Notes: generated by a model from the sequence alone, not told the origin. A stretch of DNA of 64,000 nucleotides from Chrysomallon squamiferum (GCA_012295275.1 CM022670.1:31186001-31250000), one strand, 5' to 3'. Counted from the first letter of the stretch, positions 26,541 to 41,400 are shown. Made by a program: numbers and translations.

Positions 26541-28254
26541 GATTGTTGTTTTATTGTTGTTTTTTGCAAAACGATCTCTGGTGTATATTTCTTTTAAAAA
26601 AAACCACAAAGTATGAATGGTATTTTTTTACAGAGTATTTCATGCTACAGAGTGAAAGAAAAAGATATCTAGGTATTAATAATATCTAAAGTGTTTCTTG
26701 CTTTAGAAAAAAAAAATGTATAATCAAAAACTGTCTAAAAAATGTACTATACATCAACAGTTTCTTCTCACAAATATACTTTCGATGTTTCTGACTGGGA
26801 ATGCAAATGCTTCTGAAAAGTACATATAAAGTGTTTCATACCATAAAAATCACAAATCTTCTTTTCCGTAGCAAGATGAAGTAAGAAAAGCAAAAGAACT
26901 GGATTTAATTATTGCCTTTCTACGTTCTTTTTCAAAGACACTCAAAATATTGACCAGAGATTGAAATCACTGACAAATTAAAGAAAAATGCAAGATTCAA
27001 TTTTATCGAGCTTTCTGCAGGAAAAAGCCATGTTTAGCCAAGATCAAGGTAGTAATCTGCTGGAGTTCTAGCATGAAATGAAATATGTCATGTAAACGTG
27101 TTGTGTAATCTGGGCCAAATCTACAGACTCTAAGCCGTAGACGTTTGTGAAGTTATGGGATTAACTTGTTATTTTTATTTCAGTCAGGAGACAGCACATG
27201 GTTTTACACGAGGATGTCAGACATGACTGTCAAATAAACTAATTTGCCTTTCTTCAAATTCAGTTCTGTATATTTGCTTTTCTGTAGTTTATATGTTTAT
27301 ACAAACACATATTGTATTCTTTTGTATGTATGAATATGTATATGTATATGTTTATGTAAATAGCTATGTATGTATGTATGCATTGACGTAGTTGTGTATC
27401 TATGTATATATGTATTAGCTATGTATATATCCATGCATGTATTAGTTTATACTATATCTGTGTATGTATGTATTTATTTATTCTCCATATAGACAGGTTG
27501 ATCGGTGGTAGGTAGATATGTAAGCATATATATGTGTATGTGTGTATGTGTGTGTGTATGTCTAAGTACACAAGTGTATGATATATATCAAGTTTTAAAA
27601 ACCTAAATAACAAAACGCAAGAAGATGGAGCAGTCAGTATCATCACTGATTACACCAGTGTCTGTATTAGAAATAGAAACAGACATCAGTGGTGCTCTCT
27701 GTTTCATATTAAACCAGTGTTATCGTCAACGTTGTTGAAATAAATAACAACGTATCTAACCCCTGTAGTTAGCATCCAGTACGTTATAACAACATCATAA
27801 CAACCAGCATGACTTAACATCCTGTTAAGATTTGTTCTCAAATCAAAGTTTATCTTGCCTTAAGAAACCTATCAGATTACTGCAGAACTGAGCTAGGATC
27901 AATAAAATCGATGTGGAAAAAGCACTAAGTACGTGTATCAGCTTCTTTAACTTAATTCAAAAAAATCTTCTCCGTGTCAAAACATTTTTTTTCCCTTCGT
28001 TTCACCGTTTTTCTATCAAATTACTTCAGTTTTACACTAGTTTCACGGAGAAGTCTGTTTAAAAATACATTCTTATAATGACATTTATTTTTGCGCCAAA
28101 AAAAAAGGAAAAAGAAAATGAAATATATTTTAATAATTCATCCTTAGATAATAGTGTTTTTCCTTTTTAATATTCGCATTGTGTGTCTTATTATTATTAT
28201 TTTTACTACTATCACTACTACTGCTATTACTACTTCTACTGTTGCTGCTACAAC

Positions 28255-28310
<56 letters not shown>

Positions 28311-28505
28311 GAGTATTTGTTTAACATTATTATCGTCATTGTCGTCGTATTAATTAATACCACTGTTTTATATTTTAAAGTTATTCATTCATTTATTCAT
28401 TCCTTTAATTTTCAGAACACTAACAAAAAGAAATATTATATAAAATACCTGTCCTAGCTATTTTCGAAATTCCAACCAGATTCGTGTTTTGACTTAATAT
28501 TTTAT

Positions 28506-28565
28506 ACTTCAAAATCAGAAATATTCCAAAATCTGAAAAATTTCGGATAAGGGATCATCAGGCTG
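28506..28565. mobile_element. Terminal fragment of a Tigger-type MITE
   Basis: Reverse complement CAGCCTGATGATCCCTTATCCGAAATTTTTCAGATTTTGGAATATTT resembles, from memory, Tigger4/MER46-type ends (CAGGTTGAGYATCCCTWATCCGAAA...). Partner TIR not found. Confidence 0.5.
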
Positions 28566-30686
28566 TGGTTAAATGATGCGACACTGTGTTATAAATTAGT
28601 GCTAGGCCTTCGAAGATCGTAGAAAAATACATACATTGGTTTATGTTAGAAAACAGAGACATCCATTCCCTTGTGAAATCCTGCTGAAGTTTCTTCGTAA
28701 AATGAACGATAAATTCAAAGCTTTAAGTTTTTACTCTAGAAAATAGAGCATGCTATAACTGTAATTCTTTAAACAATAAATAAATACAAAATAATAATTC
28801 TCTGGGATTTCTAGTCATTTTTGCAGCATCTCAATGGTTTTATTTTTCATGGATATTTATCTTTATTTTTATTTGTTAATGGACGACCTTGTCGGTTTAA
28901 ATAAATAACCCACACCAATTCTCAGTAGCAGGGGAAAAACATGCGTTAAAATAAATACATTTTTACTTCCCTGAAGACATCTGTAATATATTCTTATGAA
29001 AAAATAAGAGTTTAGAATTTTGTACACTGTGTCGGCGTTTAAATTTATTTTTCTTTTGCTTTTTATTTTTATTTTTATTTCTTCACTATATAATTTTTGT
29101 TTTCAATACATATATTTCGTTGTATTAAAATATTTTATTATGTATTAGACGACTTTATTTTGTCTGAATGATTGTTTTATTATATATATATGCATTAATG
29201 TTTTCCTTGTAGTCTAAAATAACCCTAATTTTAATAAAATGGCATGTTTGACAGCTAGACAGAAACTGCACCGTCATCCCACTGTCAATGACCGTTATAC
29301 CAAGCTAGTACTTTATTCTGCCTACGAGACGACGTGTTTTAAAATGTTAACTCTTCTTACTCCACGATCAAATGATTTTGCATTTCAAAACACTGCTCTA
29401 AATGTTTTCGTAAATAAACGATTTAAAAGTATATATAGGACTATTCCTTTACTTTTACAATTAGTTTCAGTATTAGCGTGGCCTCTGCATCAGGAAAACA
29501 AATGTAAACACTGTCGTAAATCATAGCAAGTATTTCAAAGATACTTTCAGTCTCATAAAAAGATAATTTTTGTATGTTTTAGTTTTGACCTATGTGTACT
29601 AAGGTTTCGTTAAAGACATATTGCCGTATGATAACCTCGATGTTCTAAATTATTCTTTTAATTAATTTATTTACGTTGTTATTTTTTCTTTCTTCTTTTT
29701 ATCTAAAACAAATACATATTGTGTAAATACTGACTAAACATTTTTGTTTCGGTTTCTAAAAGAAAAATTATTTTTATTTTCTATAGTGAACGGGAAATGT
29801 ATTGGAATTATTTAAAATAAATTGTTTTTACTGTTTCCTTTTTATCTAAAACATGAAGATGTTTTTTGAAATAATAATCGATTTGTCAGCTTGCATTCTA
29901 GCACGTAACAAAAACACTAGAGATGATTGTTTTTATTTTGTTTTTTCTTTCGTTGTTTATTTGGTGCTATACGTACACACATACACACACACCCATACAT
30001 ATATATATATGTTTATTTACTAAAACTGTCTAATTAATGCGCGCATACACACACATGTGCACAAAACACAATATAACCGCATATATATATTTTTCCGTTT
30101 GTTTTGTTCATTTTTGTGTGTTTGTTTGTTTTGTTGTTGTTGTTTTTATTGGGTTTTTTTTTTTGGGGGGTGGGTCTGTTTCAGCAGTATTGTTTATAAA
30201 AACTATTCAAAACAATAATTTTTAAAACAACGACCATAGTGACACTTTCTCATTATGGAAAAACCTCTCTATCGATCTCCTTAGAAAGAATATTTTATAA
30301 ACTTATTTAGGGATCCATTTCCATGCTCTTATAAAGGTCATATTGTATGACACTTGGGTAAAATCTCTGGTAATTTAATAGAGAACTACTGGTTTTAAGT
30401 GATCATCACCCAAATGTGATTAGTGGCGGTAAGTCTTTGAACTGGCATCAGACAGATTATTGATTTAGGTTTAGCTGTTTGGAATACCAGTCTATCCGGG
30501 GTCTAATAGCAAAGTTTGGGCGTCCGGTCGTTCCAACTTAAGGATCTTTTAACTGTGTACACACTATTTTTGTTATAGATATTTTGTTATATATAATTCC
30601 GATTTATCTATGCGGTTGTGTGTGTGTACATATATACATACGTACTTATATATGCACACATACATATACATTCATACATACATACC

Positions 30687-30726
<40 letters not shown>

Positions 30727-31057
30727 TGCGTGTGTGTACACTTGATTATTTTCTTTACTTTTTATACATATAGTAAGGAAAAAAGATTGTTTTTCACACA
30801 CACACACATACACACACACATACACATACACACACATACACACACAAACACACACACACACATTCACACACATTAAAATGTCGTCGTCAGCCATACTGAG
30901 TTTCGTCAGTAGCTTCTAACGTTTATGAAATCATAATATATGATAGTGTCATTTGGTGCCAGTCTTTTCCCGAATATTTCAGTTGTCAATGTACAGAGTC
31001 AAATCAGCCATAGATAAGAAAACAAAATATGATATAATATTTGACTATTATTTTGTT

Positions 31058-31301
31058 CTGGGTGTCGCGAGATCGTTCTTGAGCGAGGGGATGTTTTAGG
31101 TTTTTTCAGCTTGACTTGGAAGGAGGAATAAATAAAAATGTGTAGATAGGTTTGGGACCCGTCATAGTGAATATAGATTTCTTTGGTTGATGAAAATGTG
31201 GTAACCCAAGATATTATTGAATCAAAAATTTTAAAGGGGGTCCTCGGTTAGACTGAGTTGCTCATAAGGGGTCGCGGTATGAAAAAGGTTGAAAACCAGT
31301 G
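31058..31301. mobile_element. hAT (Charlie-like) MITE remnant, one end preserved
   Basis: Ends in GGGGTCGCGGTATGAAAAAGGTTGAAAACCAGTG, matching the common hAT-Charlie terminus (...AAAAAGGTTGARAACCACTG) with subterminal GGGTGTCGCG/GGGGTCC motifs. Left TIR and 8-bp TSD not identified. Confidence 0.55.
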
Positions 31302-32716
31302 ATTTAAAGCAATATTATTAATAATTTTCTTCACTATATTATTATATACATGCACAGATAATAAGCTAAGTTTAAAATTCAGTAGTATGATAGTTATCTC
31401 TAATGTCTTAAAAGCTTTAGATATTTTATTATACATAATTTTAATTATAGCCTAATTGTATATAGCATTAATAGTCTATATTACGCTGCAATGACATTAA
31501 CCTTTTTTTCAATTTTTAATTGTACGGGAAACAGATAAAACTGGTCCAAAGAGAAGAAATGAATGTAACCCTTTTAAGATCCATTAAATTATCAATCCTT
31601 CTACATGAAACAGCTGTTTCCAGGAACGATTTATGGTTTCGTTTTTAACCGAATTTAAAATATGAAATTATGTATTACAAATTACATTATTCTCTGTTTA
31701 CAAGTGCCTAATAATCATCTAAATAAAATTAAAATTACAAAATTGCTTTATTCAGAAATAATACAATTATATGATATATAGGGATAAGGATGCACACGTA
31801 GGTATACGTGTGTGTGTGTATATATATTTATATTTATATAGACATTCATATACGTAAATTAATTTACACATACAGATACAAACCCACATATACAAACTCA
31901 AACATAAACACGAAGTCAAACACAGACACATATATAGCCTACCTTTTAAATGATTTCGGTTCCTACTCATACAAAAATTGTACATATAAATTCTTTATAA
32001 TCAATTTCCTTGCTTTAAATAATTAAGTTATTTAGTATTTCTATTTAAATAAAAGATGAAAATTATTACATTTCGTAATGAATGAGATAGAAAACTTAAA
32101 GAAATTCAAATTACAATTTTTCAGATAAGCAGAAACGATATTAAGTCAATTTCCATAATGTTAGCAATTCATCACCGAACATAAAAACAATATATTTATA
32201 TTTTATAGTTATCTTCAACACTCCGAGCTTAAAAGTAGACTTTTCAAGACAGACTTAATTTGTTTCTTACGCAGCAAAAAGTCTAGAGGTTTTTGAATTT
32301 AAAGTTTTTCATAACACAATCACAGGACATGGAATTTGATATGCTTGACAGAGAGAATGTAGCAGCAGCCAATTATTATTGACGCTTCTTTGTAAGGTGT
32401 ATGTTGCACTAAGCCATCAACACATCTGTGAAATAATTGTGTCTAATTAGACATTAATAAGATTTCGTTTCACATTTTCCTTAAACTTGCTGACAGAAGT
32501 TAACTTAGTGGGTAGAGTCCCGGACTGAGGCTCAGTAAAACGCAATGGTTAATCTTCGAGGCGTATCAGAATGTGCTATCAATACTGTTATAAATGAAAT
32601 TAAATCTCTTTTTAATCCGTTTTATTTCTCTTTAGCGTTTTGTTTAGATCATGAGATTCAAGCTACCTAAAAGGAATCTTTAAAAAAAAAAAATACTTTT
32701 AATACACTTTTTAATT

Positions 32717-35233
32717 TTCCTTCTTACTTCGTACAACAGACTTGATAGAAAATAACGTTTGACTATCTTCTTACTTCAAACAAAAGATTTGATAGAAGGA
32801 AACCTATGATAGAAGGTAACCTTTGACTTTCTTCTTCTTTTGTACATCGGACATGACAGAAGGTAACCTTTGACTTTCTTCTTCTTTTGTACATCGGACA
32901 TGAGAGAAGGTAATCTTTGACTTTTTCTTCTTTTGTACATCGGACATGAGAAAAGGTAACCTTTTACTGTGTATTCTTTCTTACTTCGTACAACAGACAT
33001 GATAGAAGGTAACCTTTCACTGTGTATTTCTTCTTACTTCGTACAACAGACATGATAGAAGGTAACCTTTGACTGTGTATTCTTTCTTACTTCGTACAAC
33101 GGACATGATAGAAGGTAACCTTTGACTGTGTATTTCTTCTAACTTCGTACAACAGACATGATAGAAGGTAACCTTTGACTGTGTATTCATTTTTACTTTG
33201 TATAACAGACATGATAGAAGGTAACCTTTTACTGTGGATTCTTTCTTACTTCGTACAACAGACATGATAGAAGGTAACCTTTGACTGTGTATTTCTTCTA
33301 ACTTCGTACAACAGACATGATACAAGGTAACCTTTCACTGGGTATTTCTTCTTACTTCGTACAACAGACATGATAGAAGGTAACCTTTGACTGTTTATTC
33401 ATTCTTACTTTGTATAACAGACATGATAGAAAGTAACCTTTGACTGTGTATTCCTTCTTACTTTGTACAACAGACATGATAGAAGGTAACCTTTGACTGT
33501 GTATTCTTTCTTACTTCGTACAACAGAACTGATAGAAGGTAACCTTTGACTGTGTATTCCTTCTTACTTTGTACAACAGACATGATAGAAGGTAACATTT
33601 GACTGTGTATTCCTTCTTACTTTGTATAACAGACATGGTATAAGGTAACCTTTTACTGTGTATTTCTTCTTACTTCGTACATCAGACATGATAGAAGGTA
33701 ACCTTTGACTGTGTATTCTTTCTTACTTCGTACAACGGACATGATAGAAGGTAACCTTTGACTGCATTCCTTCTTACTTCCTACAACAGACATGATAGAA
33801 GGTAACCTTTGACTGTGTATTTCTACTTACTTCGTACAACAGACATGATAGAAGGTAACCTTTGACTGCATTCCTTCTTACTTCCTACAACAGACATGAT
33901 AGAAGGTAACCTTTGACTGTGTATTTCTACTTACTTCGTACAACAGACATGATAGAAGGTAACCTTTGACTGTGTATTTCTTCTTATTTCGTGCAACAGA
34001 CATGATAGAAGGTACCCTTTGACTGTGCATTTCTTCGTACTTTGTACAACAGACATGATAGAAGGTAACCTTTGATTTCTTCTTACTTCGTACAGCAGAC
34101 ATGATAGAAGGTACCCTTTGACTGTGTATTTCTTCTTACTTCGTACAACAGACATGATAGAAGGTAACCTTTTACTGTGCAATTCTTCTTACTTTGTACA
34201 TCAGACATGATAGAAGGTAACCTTTGACTGTGTATTTCTTCTTACTTCGTGCAACCAGATATGATGGAAGGTAACCATTGACTGTGCATTTCTTCGTACT
34301 ACAGACATGACAGAAGGCAACCTTTGACTTTCTTCTTACTTCGTATAACAGACATGATAGAAGGTAACCTTTGACTGTGTATTTCTTCTTTCTTCGTACA
34401 ACAGACATGAAAGAAGGTAACCTTTGATTGTGTATTTCTTCTTACTTCGTACAACAGACTTGATAGAAGGTAACCTTTGACTGCATTCCTTCTTACTTCG
34501 TACAACAGACATCATAGAAAGTAACCTTTGACTGTGTATTCCTTCTTTCTTAGTACAACAGACATGATAGAAGGTAACCTGTAACTGCATTTCTTCTTAC
34601 TTCGAACAACAGACATGATAGAAGGTAACCTTTGACTGTATATTTCTTCTTACTTCCTACAACAGACATGATAGAAGGTAACCTTTGACTGTGTATTTCT
34701 TCTTACTTCGTACAATAGACATGATAGAAGTTAAACTTTGACTGCATTCCTTCTTACTTCGTACAACAGATATGATAGAAGGTAACCTTTGACTGTGCAT
34801 TTCTTCGTACTTTGTACAACCGACATGATAGAAGGTAACCTTTGACTTTCTTCTTACTTCGTAGAACAGACATGATAGAAGGTAACCTTTGACTGTGTAT
34901 TTCTTCTTATTTCGTGCAACAGACATGATAGAAGGTAACCTTTGACTGTGTATTTCTTCTTACTTCGTACAATAGACATGATAGAAGTTAAACTTTGACT
35001 GCATTCCTTCTTACTTCGTACAACAGATATGATAGAAGGTAACCTTTGACTGTGCATTTCTTCGTACTTTGTACAACCGACATGATAGAAGGTAACCTTT
35101 GACTTTCTTCTTACTTCGTAGAACAGACATGATAGAAGGTACCCTTTGACTGTGTATTTCTTCGTACTTCGTACAACAGACATAATAGAAGGTAATTTTT
35201 AAACATGTATTTCTTCTTACTTCGTACGAGAGA
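32717..35233. repeat. 53-bp tandem satellite/minisatellite array, roughly 48 copies
   Basis: Consensus GACATGATAGAAGGTAACCTTTGACTGTGTATTTCTTCTTACTTCGTACAACA (period 53, e.g. 33001 to 33054), with 51- and 47-bp deletion variants and shorter, more diverged units at the left edge. Confidence 0.97.
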
Positions 35234-35874
35234 CAGGTTAGACGATAATATTTAAAGACTGTCATTTGAAATTTTGATTTATTATTGTAACTACCACTAC
35301 TATCAGTTATATTAACTACATGTAATTGTTATTTCCACTTGTGTTTCTATTATCATCAGAATAATCATTATTTTTTATTGTACTGCTCCCATTATTTTAA
35401 GATTATAAAATCTTGTGTTGTTCGGTTTTAGTAACTGTCATCAAGTCATAATTCGAAAAAAGCTTCGCCTTATTTTTTACATCTCTTCTTTCTCTGTTTA
35501 TATCTACTTTGTCCACGCAATTCAACGTTTTGATATATTAATTATATCACAATTAAAGGTAAACAATAATTAATATTTTTCCTTTATTTTCAAAGTTTTG
35601 TCACTTTAAATATGAACATATTAAAATCCGTAAATTATGCTGATGGGGAGATTTGCGACAATCAGTAAAAGTCAGAAAGAGAGATAGACATGTTATTGGA
35701 AGAATATTTTTGATATACCTGCCTTCATAAATATGTGACTGTGCCTTGCAGCTGTGTTTACTATTATAAAACACTGTCTACAGAATCTTAAATAAATTAT
35801 TATAAGAGTAAAATTTAATGTTTGTTACAATAACAGCTTATGCTTCAAAGAATGGGCTAGTCGTTTTGTTTATG

Positions 35875-36030
35875 TCCATCATCATCATCGTTGTAAGGCG
35901 AAAGCCTCTGTACGTTGTTTCCACATCTTCCTGTCTTGTGTTCTCCTTTTCCTCCTGTTCATATCTCCATGCTCTCACTCCAAGTCTTCCTTTAGATCTT
36001 TTCCATTCGTATGGTTTCCAAGTAATACAC
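35875..36030 (-). mobile_element. 3'-end remnant of an RTE-clade LINE
   Basis: Minus strand translates to WKPYEWKRSKGRL...W then, after a frameshift, QDRKMWKQRTEAFALQ, matching the RTE ORF C-terminal pattern WxP...KRxxGRP...W...AQDRxxW...EAF, immediately followed by a (GAT)n tail. Confidence 0.75.
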
Positions 36031-36276
36031 AATGTTAAACATTTGAATAAAAAATTATAACATTTTCGAAAAAGAAAACGAAAACACTTTTACATTTGAA
36101 ATTTATTTTTTTTTTTTTTTTTTTTTTTTTTGGATTTATGTGATATTTTTATTTGGACAAAATTACGATTCTGTTTAAAATAGATTTTTATGGAATTTTT
36201 TGAGAAAACATAAATGAACAGAAACAGAGAGAAAGGAAGAAAATGACAGACTGATATATATAGAGAGAGATAATAG

Positions 36277-36360
<84 letters not shown>

Positions 36361-36968
36361 GTTTGACTGTGAAAAAAATAATAATAAGAAACAAACAAAC
36401 AAAAATAATAATTGATGAAGATTAAAAATAGACTGGCGTTAATACGAAGATGTGATATTTACGATAACAGTATTTCTGCTGTTTGAACAATTTAAAATCA
36501 GTGCAATGAGATATACATCAACAGAGTAGTATAATATCCGAACGAATTTCTTAGACAGCACTGCCTTTCTCACAGATCAAAGAACAATTATCAAGCGGCA
36601 AAAGTTTCTGGATAGTTTTATGATCTTCTGATTTAAGAGAGCTTCTCCAATGTTTCAGCCTGAAATGTCAACCAAAAACCTAATTTTAATGTTATTGGAT
36701 GCAGCTTTACTGTCGACTATTCTACTACTTTTCATACATTATGTTAATGTTATTTAATTTATTATGATGATAAATGGCAAGTCGAAGCACTGGGCAATTG
36801 CTGGTTCATGAAACACCATGGTAGTCTGCTCTGTATGACAATGGGAGAGTATGAAATGGCAACAGAAAGTTTCCTGTCTTATTTAATCATTATGCAAAGA
36901 CTTATGCTTTACACCTAATAACAAATGTTTAGGTCCTCTGAGACTCTTTATCTATCTATCTTACATAT

Positions 36969-37018
<50 letters not shown>

Positions 37019-37022
37019 AAAA

Positions 37023-37066
<44 letters not shown>

Positions 37067-37280
37067 CACACTCTAACTAATTTATCACACTAGCCAGGTA
37101 TATCTGTCAACGCCTTTTTCTTTCATATTCTAGCTAGACTCCCTGGCAGACACGTGTCAGACGTAACGTGTACGTTGTCATTACAAGTCCCGCTAATTGC
37201 AACATGAGATTAATGAATGGTACTTCATTCATAAACTGTTTCTTTTTAAACTTTTATTTTATTATTTATTTATTTATTTA

Positions 37281-37335
<55 letters not shown>

Positions 37336-37932
37336 TTATCCTTCTTTTATGGTTTACTGTTGTTGTTGTTTGGATGAGTTAGATTCCTTTTCCGTCAAAA
37401 TCAGACTGTCATTGTGTTTATGGGATCTTTTTTTATTATTATTAAAATTGGCTCCTGCTTCTCGGTTGTCGCCCAAGACACTGGATGTTTTGTAGTGTTT
37501 ACAGTCAAACTTGTCGAGTATCGAGGAATGAATCAGAACTTATCAAACGTTGCAAAACATGTGATGTACATTTTCCTTGTTTCCTTTTTATAAAATTCTT
37601 ATCCACATTTTTTCGTGGTTTTTTTATTGCATATACATTTCTTATATACCTTTTGTACCCATTTAAAGTTCTGTAAAGGTTCATTTCACGATTTTTTCTG
37701 AAGACAGGTAGGAAAAGGAGGATAATGAATAATGTTGTCTGATGAGTGTCAAATAATAAAAGTGTATGTATAAGAGAAAACAGTGTCCACAAAAGCCCCG
37801 TAAATACCTTTTCCTATGCACAAACTAACTAAAACTGGTGAAAACAGGTATTGAGAATATCTGTCGGTAATTTACCTGTATTGATATTATCGGTAATTTG
37901 CAAACCCTACTGCTCAGTAATTTTTCGTAAGG

Positions 37933-37999
<67 letters not shown>

Positions 38000-38786
38000 C
38001 GTATTTAGTTCGATGAGTATTTACTTTTAAAAAATATATTTGTTTGTTGTCTGAAATACTGATAGTATTAGATTATGTTTTATTCCTATGTATAACACTC
38101 TGCACTGAGTTAACTTATGTTGATTTGTTATGTAAGTTATGTTGTGTTATTCTCAGCAATGTTATTTTTCTTATTATATATTATATTATATTATATTATA
38201 TTATATTATATTATTTACAGGATTATAATTTGGGGATATAAAAATGTATGTTATATCGTGGTAGACCTATTTTTTGTTATATTTTACATTGTGCGTTGTT
38301 CTATAGTTTAGTAACGTTATTTGCTGTGTTATCTGTTAAAAATTGTTGTTGTTTTTTTATTTCCTTTTCTACAGACATGGGTGTGTGGGTGTGTTTCAGT
38401 CATTTTTATGACTGAAAATACATTCGTAATGAAACTACGTAAAAATAACACCTGCTCTGAATCAAAAATGGATGTTTTTTCTCAGTTGTTTTGTCAGTTA
38501 TACCAGACATGACATGGGCCCTCGCCTTACGGGTCTACATTTTTTATTGATTCGAACCTTTCTACTGTTTTTAGAAGGAAAAACTTTTTTCTAGAAATGT
38601 TACGAAAATTCTTGGACGAACAAGACACTAAGATTACGTGGGAATGGGATGAAGCTTAGTGATTAGAGCGATGATCCACAAAGACAAACATCCTGGCATT
38701 ATTTTTCTTCCATGTCAGTTTTCTATAACTATTTTATACTAAGACTAGTGTGAATGTGTGTGTGTGTATGTATGCATGAGTACTTG

Positions 38787-38838
<52 letters not shown>

Positions 38839-39800
38839 TGTGTAGTTTTTCTGAATGATATTTCATATAAATGATCCGTAGCTAATAGTCAATAATAGCT
38901 GATAATGGAGCAAGTTTTATTAATCTTATGCTTCTTTAAATTCGTTTGTTTAAATCTGAATAAATAAAAATATAAACATTCGGCTTTTAAAATACATTTC
39001 CAAAGTGTCCTAATGTAACTTAAATCAGGTTTCTTAAAAGTTACTTATATATATATATATATATATTTCTGCAAGACTTTTATTAAATTTCATTTGGTTT
39101 ATTATTACAGTGTCAATTTATATTTTAATTAATGAAGACAATACTATTTCCTAAATTATTCTAATATGATTATAACCATTATTAAAATGCCGTTTCACTT
39201 CAATAATAATAATAATAATAATAGTAATAATAATGAAATTGACATTTAAAAAAAATATACAATATGGTTTTTAATAACTGGTTTCTGTGTACTTTCACTT
39301 TCAAATTAAAGGCTAGTTCTGTTCATGTGTTTAGCCCCAATATCGGTAACTACAAGAATAAAAATAATAACTATTTTTGTCTAATTAACTAACTGATTCC
39401 CCCCCCCACCGGAGGTTTTATTTATTTATTTTTTTCTTCTTTGTTCTGACTCCAGAATAATGACGATTTATAACAACACTCAGACACAGATCCACGCAGT
39501 TAAGATTATTTCAGACATGAGATAAGACGTCATCATATTCATTCAGAAAAGTGAAGCTTGAAGCAAGAAGCATAATAGTAGTTTTATTTTCTATTTCTGT
39601 GGTATATTTTTCTACTCTTTAGAGGACATAGCTAGAACATACTGAATTGATAATTGTTTTTCACTGATTATTAAAAAGCAACATCAGAAGTACTGCAGTG
39701 AGCATAAAATAAATATGCCTGCATTTTATAAATGTATTTAAACTCCAAACTCAAAAGAAAAATGTGAAAATAGTTGTTGTAGTAAATAGTATTAATAGTT

Positions 39801-39843
<43 letters not shown>

Positions 39844-40589
39844 CAGCAGCAGCAGTAGGAATACAAATAGGCGTAAGAGTAGTAATGGCAGTATAAGTAC
39901 TTATAGTAATAATAATAATAGCATTAGAAGTAGTAAGAAAATAAGTAAGCAGATAAGTGAATATATAACTAATAAGTACTGCTTTCGACAGTTCAAACAT
40001 TTTCATAAATTAATTACCTTGTGTGGAATTGTGTTCCATTTTTTACGCTTGTTAAATTTGTCTTATTTCTTTGTGTTGGTAGCTGATAAGATCTGACTGT
40101 ATACACCAGTACCATACTATCTCAGTTACACAGAGATGTCTTAACTAGAAAAATAATGGCAGCTCAATTTCGGTTCGAAGTTCGAACAGTGAGTCACTGG
40201 ACCGAGGGGTTAAAAACATCTGACAGAAAAGAAAAGTTCTTCTGTGCCCATGCAAAGTGACTGATTTAATAATGTAAAATTAAAATCTCTTTTAGAAATA
40301 TTCCCTGTACATCACAGATTTATTTTTGTTATACGCATCTTCCCGTATGAAAGTACCACTATGATTTGTGAGTCCCACAGTAATTGGTCATGTTAATTAT
40401 TTTTTGTTTGTGATTGTTATTAAATTTATCATAATTATGGCTGCTTTATGTCTAATATGATTTTCATATACTTTTTACAATTTCCTGCAAACTATCCATT
40501 CATTCAAGTCCATTCTTCCATAAATCTCTTTCCACACAAACGGATGGAATGTAATATTCTGTATTCCCAAAATAAATGCTGACATTTGC

Positions 40590-40762
40590 TCTTTGTATTA
40601 TTATTAGTAGTAGTAGCAGTAGTATCATCATCATTATCATTATTTTTATTATTACTATTATTATTATTATTATCATTACCATTATCATCATCATTATTGT
40701 TATTCTTGTTCTAGTCGACTCTTTCGTTTTTTCTTCTTCTCTTCCTCCTCCTTCTTCTTCTT

Positions 40763-40843
<81 letters not shown>

Positions 40844-40870
40844 GTAGTTGTTATTGTTGTTGTTGTTGTC
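40590..40870. repeat. Compound trinucleotide microsatellite (ATC/ATT/CTT/GTT)
   Basis: Directly visible; representative of similar trinucleotide low-complexity blocks at 630-790, 11833-11903, 18750-19230, 20040-20210, 21230-21500, 28190-28310, 39800-39860 and 63540-64000. Confidence 0.95.
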
Positions 40871-41219
40871 ATTTCTTTTTTTATTCTTGTTGTTGAAGAT
40901 AATGGTGGTATTCTTTGTCTTGTTCTGTTTCTTCTTCTTCGTGTAAAATCATACTTTCCATAGATATGTATATAGCCTATCACAGATTGTTTCTAAATAT
41001 TTTAGCGTATGTATCCTGAATTTGTCACAACCTAACCTTCATATATTGCAATTAAAAGAGGAAATCTGCATCTATTTATTTTCGTTAATAGCGAAAAAAA
41101 CATTGCACTTTCTTCTTTGTTCTTGAATGACAAGAAATACAAAATTTCTTTTCTTTCTTTCTTTTCTTCTTCTTCGTTTATTTTAATTATCTTTTCTTTT
41201 TTTTTAATTATATCGCAAA

Positions 41220-41400
41220 ACCTATATAACAAAAGTAAAATAAAAAAGACTAATCTATAAAAGAAAAAAAAATCTATATATATATACCTATGACAAAAAG
41301 AAAGACAAATCTATAATATAACAAAAAGAATGGAAAAATAACTGTATTGTAACAGAAAGAAAGATAAAGCTGTAATATAACAAAAATAAAGAAATTAAAA
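41220..41400. repeat. Decayed A-rich minisatellite
   Basis: Recurrent CTATATAACAAAA(A)G / CTGTAATATAACAAAAA motifs at ~28-bp spacing. Confidence 0.5.

Noticed and set aside
28535-28565. Minus-strand CTGATGA...GAAA resembling a hammerhead ribozyme core
   Set aside because: The intervening TCCCTTATCC cannot form stem II; the sequence is better explained as a Tigger-type TIR. Other CTGANGA hits (near 4809, 12559, 15121, 37739) also lack the stem II/GAAA arrangement.
32495-32575. tRNA-like A-box (TAACTTAGTGGGTAGAGT)
   Set aside because: No cloverleaf or B-box; at most a very degraded SINE head, not a tRNA gene.
32717-35233. CRISPR-like array or repetitive protein gene (many overlapping ORFs, palindromic repeat core)
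   Set aside because: Inter-core segments are variants of one sequence rather than unique spacers, no cas genes, eukaryotic context; the 53-bp unit is not a multiple of 3, so the ORFs cycle through frames and are artefacts.
40200-40215. GGGG-TTAA resembling a piggyBac end
   Set aside because: No matching opposite TIR found nearby.
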